A stretch of DNA of 64,000 nucleotides. Source: Selaginella moellendorffii. Its lineage: Eukaryota > Plantae > Lycopodiophyta. The translations under genes were made by a program, and so were the position numbers. Under the pieces are notes generated by a model, which searched no databases, was not told the DNA's origin, and saw only the letters and a program-made list of their open reading frames with translations. Positions 60,495 through 64,000 of the stretch are shown here, piece after piece (position 1 is the stretch's first letter; the number at the start of each line of letters is the position of its first letter). The DNA lies in contig NW_003314261.1 of assembly GCF_000143415.4 (NCBI RefSeq), positions 3,049,266 to 3,113,265 on the forward strand. The letters run 5' to 3'.

Positions 60495-63400
60495 TTGGTG
60501 AAGTTGAAGGGCACCTTTGATTGTCCCTGAGGAATGCTTGGATTTGGGATTTTGGTTTAGATTTAGCTTTTGCATTGTCTAGATTTAGCTTTTTCCATTT
60601 CCTTCTTTTTATTCTTTCCTTTCAGGATTTTGGTTTAAATCTAGCTTTTTGCATTGTCTAGATCTACCATTTCCTTCTAGCTTTTTGTTATTTCTCTTCT
60701 TTTACTCTTTTTTTTTCATTCATCTCCATGGCAGATCAGCAATCTCCTCTTTTGACTCTTGAGCAGCAGTTGGTCCAATTGCTTGATGCTATGCACTTGC
60801 AATTGAACAACCAAACTCAATTGATGGCGGCATTCACGGCACATGGTCCAACTCCTCCTGCTCTTGGTGCCAATCCTCGCGTTCGGCCGGAGTTCTTTCG
60901 TGGGAATCCCGGGGATGATGTGTACCATTAGTTTGATCACTTTACGGTGATTGCCACATATCATTCTTGGGATGATGCTCGACGTTTACGTGAGTTTCCT
61001 ACGTGTCTCCAAGGGATGGCATTGCAATGGTACAATGGATTGAGTGCGGCCACTCGTGAGGATTGGAGTGTTCTTCCGGACGTCTTCAAAAGCGCCTTCG
61101 GACATGCCGACGATTGTGATGATGCCTTCCAACAATTGCATTGTCTTCGCCAAGGGCCATCTGAGTCGGTGATGCAATTTGGCATTCGTTTCCGAAGTCT
61201 TTTGCTTCGTGCGGAGCCCAATATGTTGGAGCGGATCAAGCTAGGAATGTTGTGGCCAGCACTTCGTCAAGATCTTGCCGGCCTTGTGCATGCACTTGCT
61301 CCTGCCACCCTTGACGATGCTCTTCGCTTGGCACAACGTTATGAGACGTCGCCTCTTCCACTTCTCGCTGCACATCCTTCCACTCCACTTTCTATGAGTG
61401 ATGGTCCTGTTCCCATGGAGGTTGATGCTGCTGCTACTCGAGTCCAAGGACAAGGACGAGGACGTGGTCGTGGCCGTGATGTTCGTTGCTGGGCGTGTGA
61501 TGAAGTTGGTCATACTTATCGGCGTTGTCGGCGCTTTCCGGATTGGTGACCTCCATTTCCTGGGGGAGACCTTGGCGTCAACAACGTCCTGTTGGTGCTG
61601 CTGCAGTTGAAGGTTTGGACACCGAGATGAATCTGGGAAACGAGGAGTCGCGCGAGTAATGGAGGGACCTTGCGCGAATAAGTTAGTGACCCCTCCATCT
61701 TTCTTTCGGGAGTATCATCAAGGGGTTCACTCGGCACTAGTTCATCCAGTGTTTACTTTCCAAGCTCATCTTTATAACAAGAGGTCTCCTATTATTTTCT
61801 CCGTGTTGGTTGATACAGATTCGAGTTTATCTTCTATTGCTCGACCTGTTGCCACACGTTATCGTCTATACTTGCGTCGTGCGGCAGAACCAGTTTTCAT
61901 TCTTTATGGCAATGGCTGTACACATGCATGTGCACGGGATGAGGCAAACCTGGTTGTGCGTGTGGGCGATCTCGAGCTTGAGTTGCAGTCGTTGCAGGTG
62001 GTGCCGAGTCAAGCTTTTGACCTCATTCTTGGTATGGATTGGTACAGTGCAATCATGCCAAATGTGACTTTGAGGTTTCTCCCCCTTGTCTCATACTTCC
62101 TTATGTTTCCTCCATTCCTCTCACATCCGTACCTCTTCGTCCCTCTACTTCTACCTTTGCTTCCATTACTTTTGTTCCCCCACTATTTCCTCCTGTGTTT
62201 CCATCTTGTTCTGCTCTTCCCTTTTCCGATCCCTCCGACGATCTTTGTGTTCCAGCAGTTGACCGGCTCATGAAGGAGTATTCTAATCTCTTTGACTTTG
62301 ACCTATCGTCTGAAGCCAAGATTGCTACACATCATCCGATTCCAACTGGGGATGCTCGTCCAATCAAGGTTCTTGTTCGTTGTCGGTCACCAAAGAAGAT
62401 CAAGATTTTACGTGCAAATGTCCAGGAGATGTTGGAGAAGGGTGTTATTCAGAAGTCGTGAAGTCCTTGGGCATGTGAACCTCATCTTGTGACGAAGCCT
62501 GATGGGAGTATTCGTTTCTGCATCGACTATTGTCCGTTAAACGACGTAACAATCCCGGATGTGTACCCTCTTCCTCACACTGCTAATCTCTTGGATCGTT
62601 TGGGGCGAAGTCGTTGGTTCACCAAGCTAAATCTTGCTTCTGGGTACTGGCAAGTACCGATGGCCGAAGAAGATATTCCTAAGACTGCTTTTCGTACACC
62701 ATTTGGTTTGTATGAGTTCTTGGTGATGCCATTTGGTTTGAACAATGCTCCAGCAACTTTTCAACGGATGATGGACGAGGTTCTTTGAGATATGCCGGAG
62801 GTGACTGCTGACTTCATTGATGATGTCTTGATCCACTCGGAGGGGACGTGAGAGGAGCACGTTCGTGATGTTTGTAAAGTGTTGGATCGGCTACGCGACG
62901 TTGGTTTAAAGCTGAAGCGGTCAAAGTGCATGTTTGGGTCCAAGAACACAACTTATTTTGGGTACCGTATTTCTCGTGAGGGTTTGCAAGTTGATCCTGA
63001 CAAACTTGTCGCTGTTCTAAAGTTCCCTACTCCGAAGTGTGTGAATGATATGTAGCGCTTCTTGGGCAAGGTGCAGTATCTCAGGCGTTTTGTGGATCAT
63101 CTTTCTGATCGCACTGCACCATTGCGAGCGTTGCTGAAGTCATCAACATCATCTTTCATCTGGTCTCCGGATTGTGAGCATTTGGGGATCTCAAAAAGTT
63201 ATTGACAACTCCTCCGGTTTTGGCACATCCTGACTACACTCAACCTTTTATTTTGCGCATGGATGCTTCTGACATTGGTCTTGGAGGTGTGTTAATGCAA
63301 GAGAGCTCAAGTGTGCCTGGTTAGCACCATCCCATTGCATATATAAGCCGTACATTACAACCAGCGGAGATGAACTACTCCATGACAGAGAAGGAATGTT

Positions 63401-64000
63401 TAGCAGCAGTTTGGGGTTTTGAGAAACTTCATGCATATCTACATGGTTCTCGGACGTTACTTGAAGGTGACCATGCTGTTGTTACTTCGTTATTAAAGCG
63501 AAAGAACCTGGTTGGTCGTACTGCTCGGTGGGCTTTGAAGCTTCAGATATATGATTTTGATGTTGTTCACCGCCCAGGGAGTTCTATGGCTGATGCTGAT
63601 GCCCTTTCTCGAGCTCCTCTTCCTTCTTCATTCTCTTCTCATGTTTCTAACGAGCCTGTCGTTCCAGCATCTGTGGATTTTCTATACGAGGATTCTGTGC
63701 CGTCAGCAGTTGCTATACTTAATGTTCAGTGTCCACAAGGTGTAGAGCAAGATCTACCTTCGCTTGATGAGGTTCGTGAGGCTCAAAAGATTGAGCCATA
63801 GATTCGAAGGCTTCGAGATGGGTTTGAGAATCCTGCATCACTTGCTGATGACTTGCCTTTCTGGCATTTACATTCTCAATATCGTCTTGAAGGTGGCCTT
63901 CTTTATTTTGTGGGGACAGATCCTGATGATCATTACGGCTGGTGGTGCCTTCTATCTTTATTCCGCGGTTTCTCCATACCTACCATGATTCTCCTGTTCT
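60333..64000 (+). mobile_element. Degenerate Ty3/gypsy LTR retrotransposon, cut by the window end
   Basis: Gag (60728-61549) with PMEVD and a CWACDEVGHTYRRC knuckle, protease (VLVDTD), RT (DGSIRFCIDY, KTAFRTPFGLYEFLVMPFGL, FIDD) and RNase H (DAS, NYSMTEKECLAAVW), in PR-RT-RH order. Several in-frame stops and frameshifts. Confidence 0.95.

Overview
This is eukaryotic land-plant nuclear DNA. The very short introns (mostly 45-75 bp), intergenic gaps as small as 70-130 bp and plant gene families fit a compact lycophyte genome such as Selaginella; the species is an inference, not something the sequence proves. The window has three zones. (1) About 1-18.9 kb is AT-rich, TE-dominated and lacks intact genes. 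It holds a 7.9-kb minus-strand LTR element (9381-17321) with a CTTAC target-site duplication (TSD), a tRNA-iMet primer-binding site (PBS), a polypurine tract (PPT) and no intact pol. Its LTRs carry a GGACTC-type satellite, and a 593-bp Cassandra-type TRIM with 5S rRNA-derived LTRs is nested inside it. (2) About 18.9-60.2 kb is gene-dense: tRNA-Pro(UGG), TOPLESS/TPR, PAB, a divergent histone H2B, an ABCB transporter, an ARM-repeat protein, SOS1/NHX7, an LHW-type bHLH with an apparent frameshift, PPI, LTV1, eIF2B-delta, an Rpr2/Rpp21-like zinc-ribbon protein read in frame into a long acidic region, a DREB2-type AP2 factor and a YlmH/Sll1252-like S4 protein. (3) From about 60.3 kb to the window end is a degenerate Ty3/gypsy element. 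The best leads are the nested 5S-carrying TRIM, which shares terminal sequence with its host, the Rpr2-acidic fusion, and a SOS1 that appears to lack the SWPE autoinhibitory motif. Spliced CDS coordinates are first-to-last codon spans read by eye. All family assignments come from recalled motifs, not database searches.
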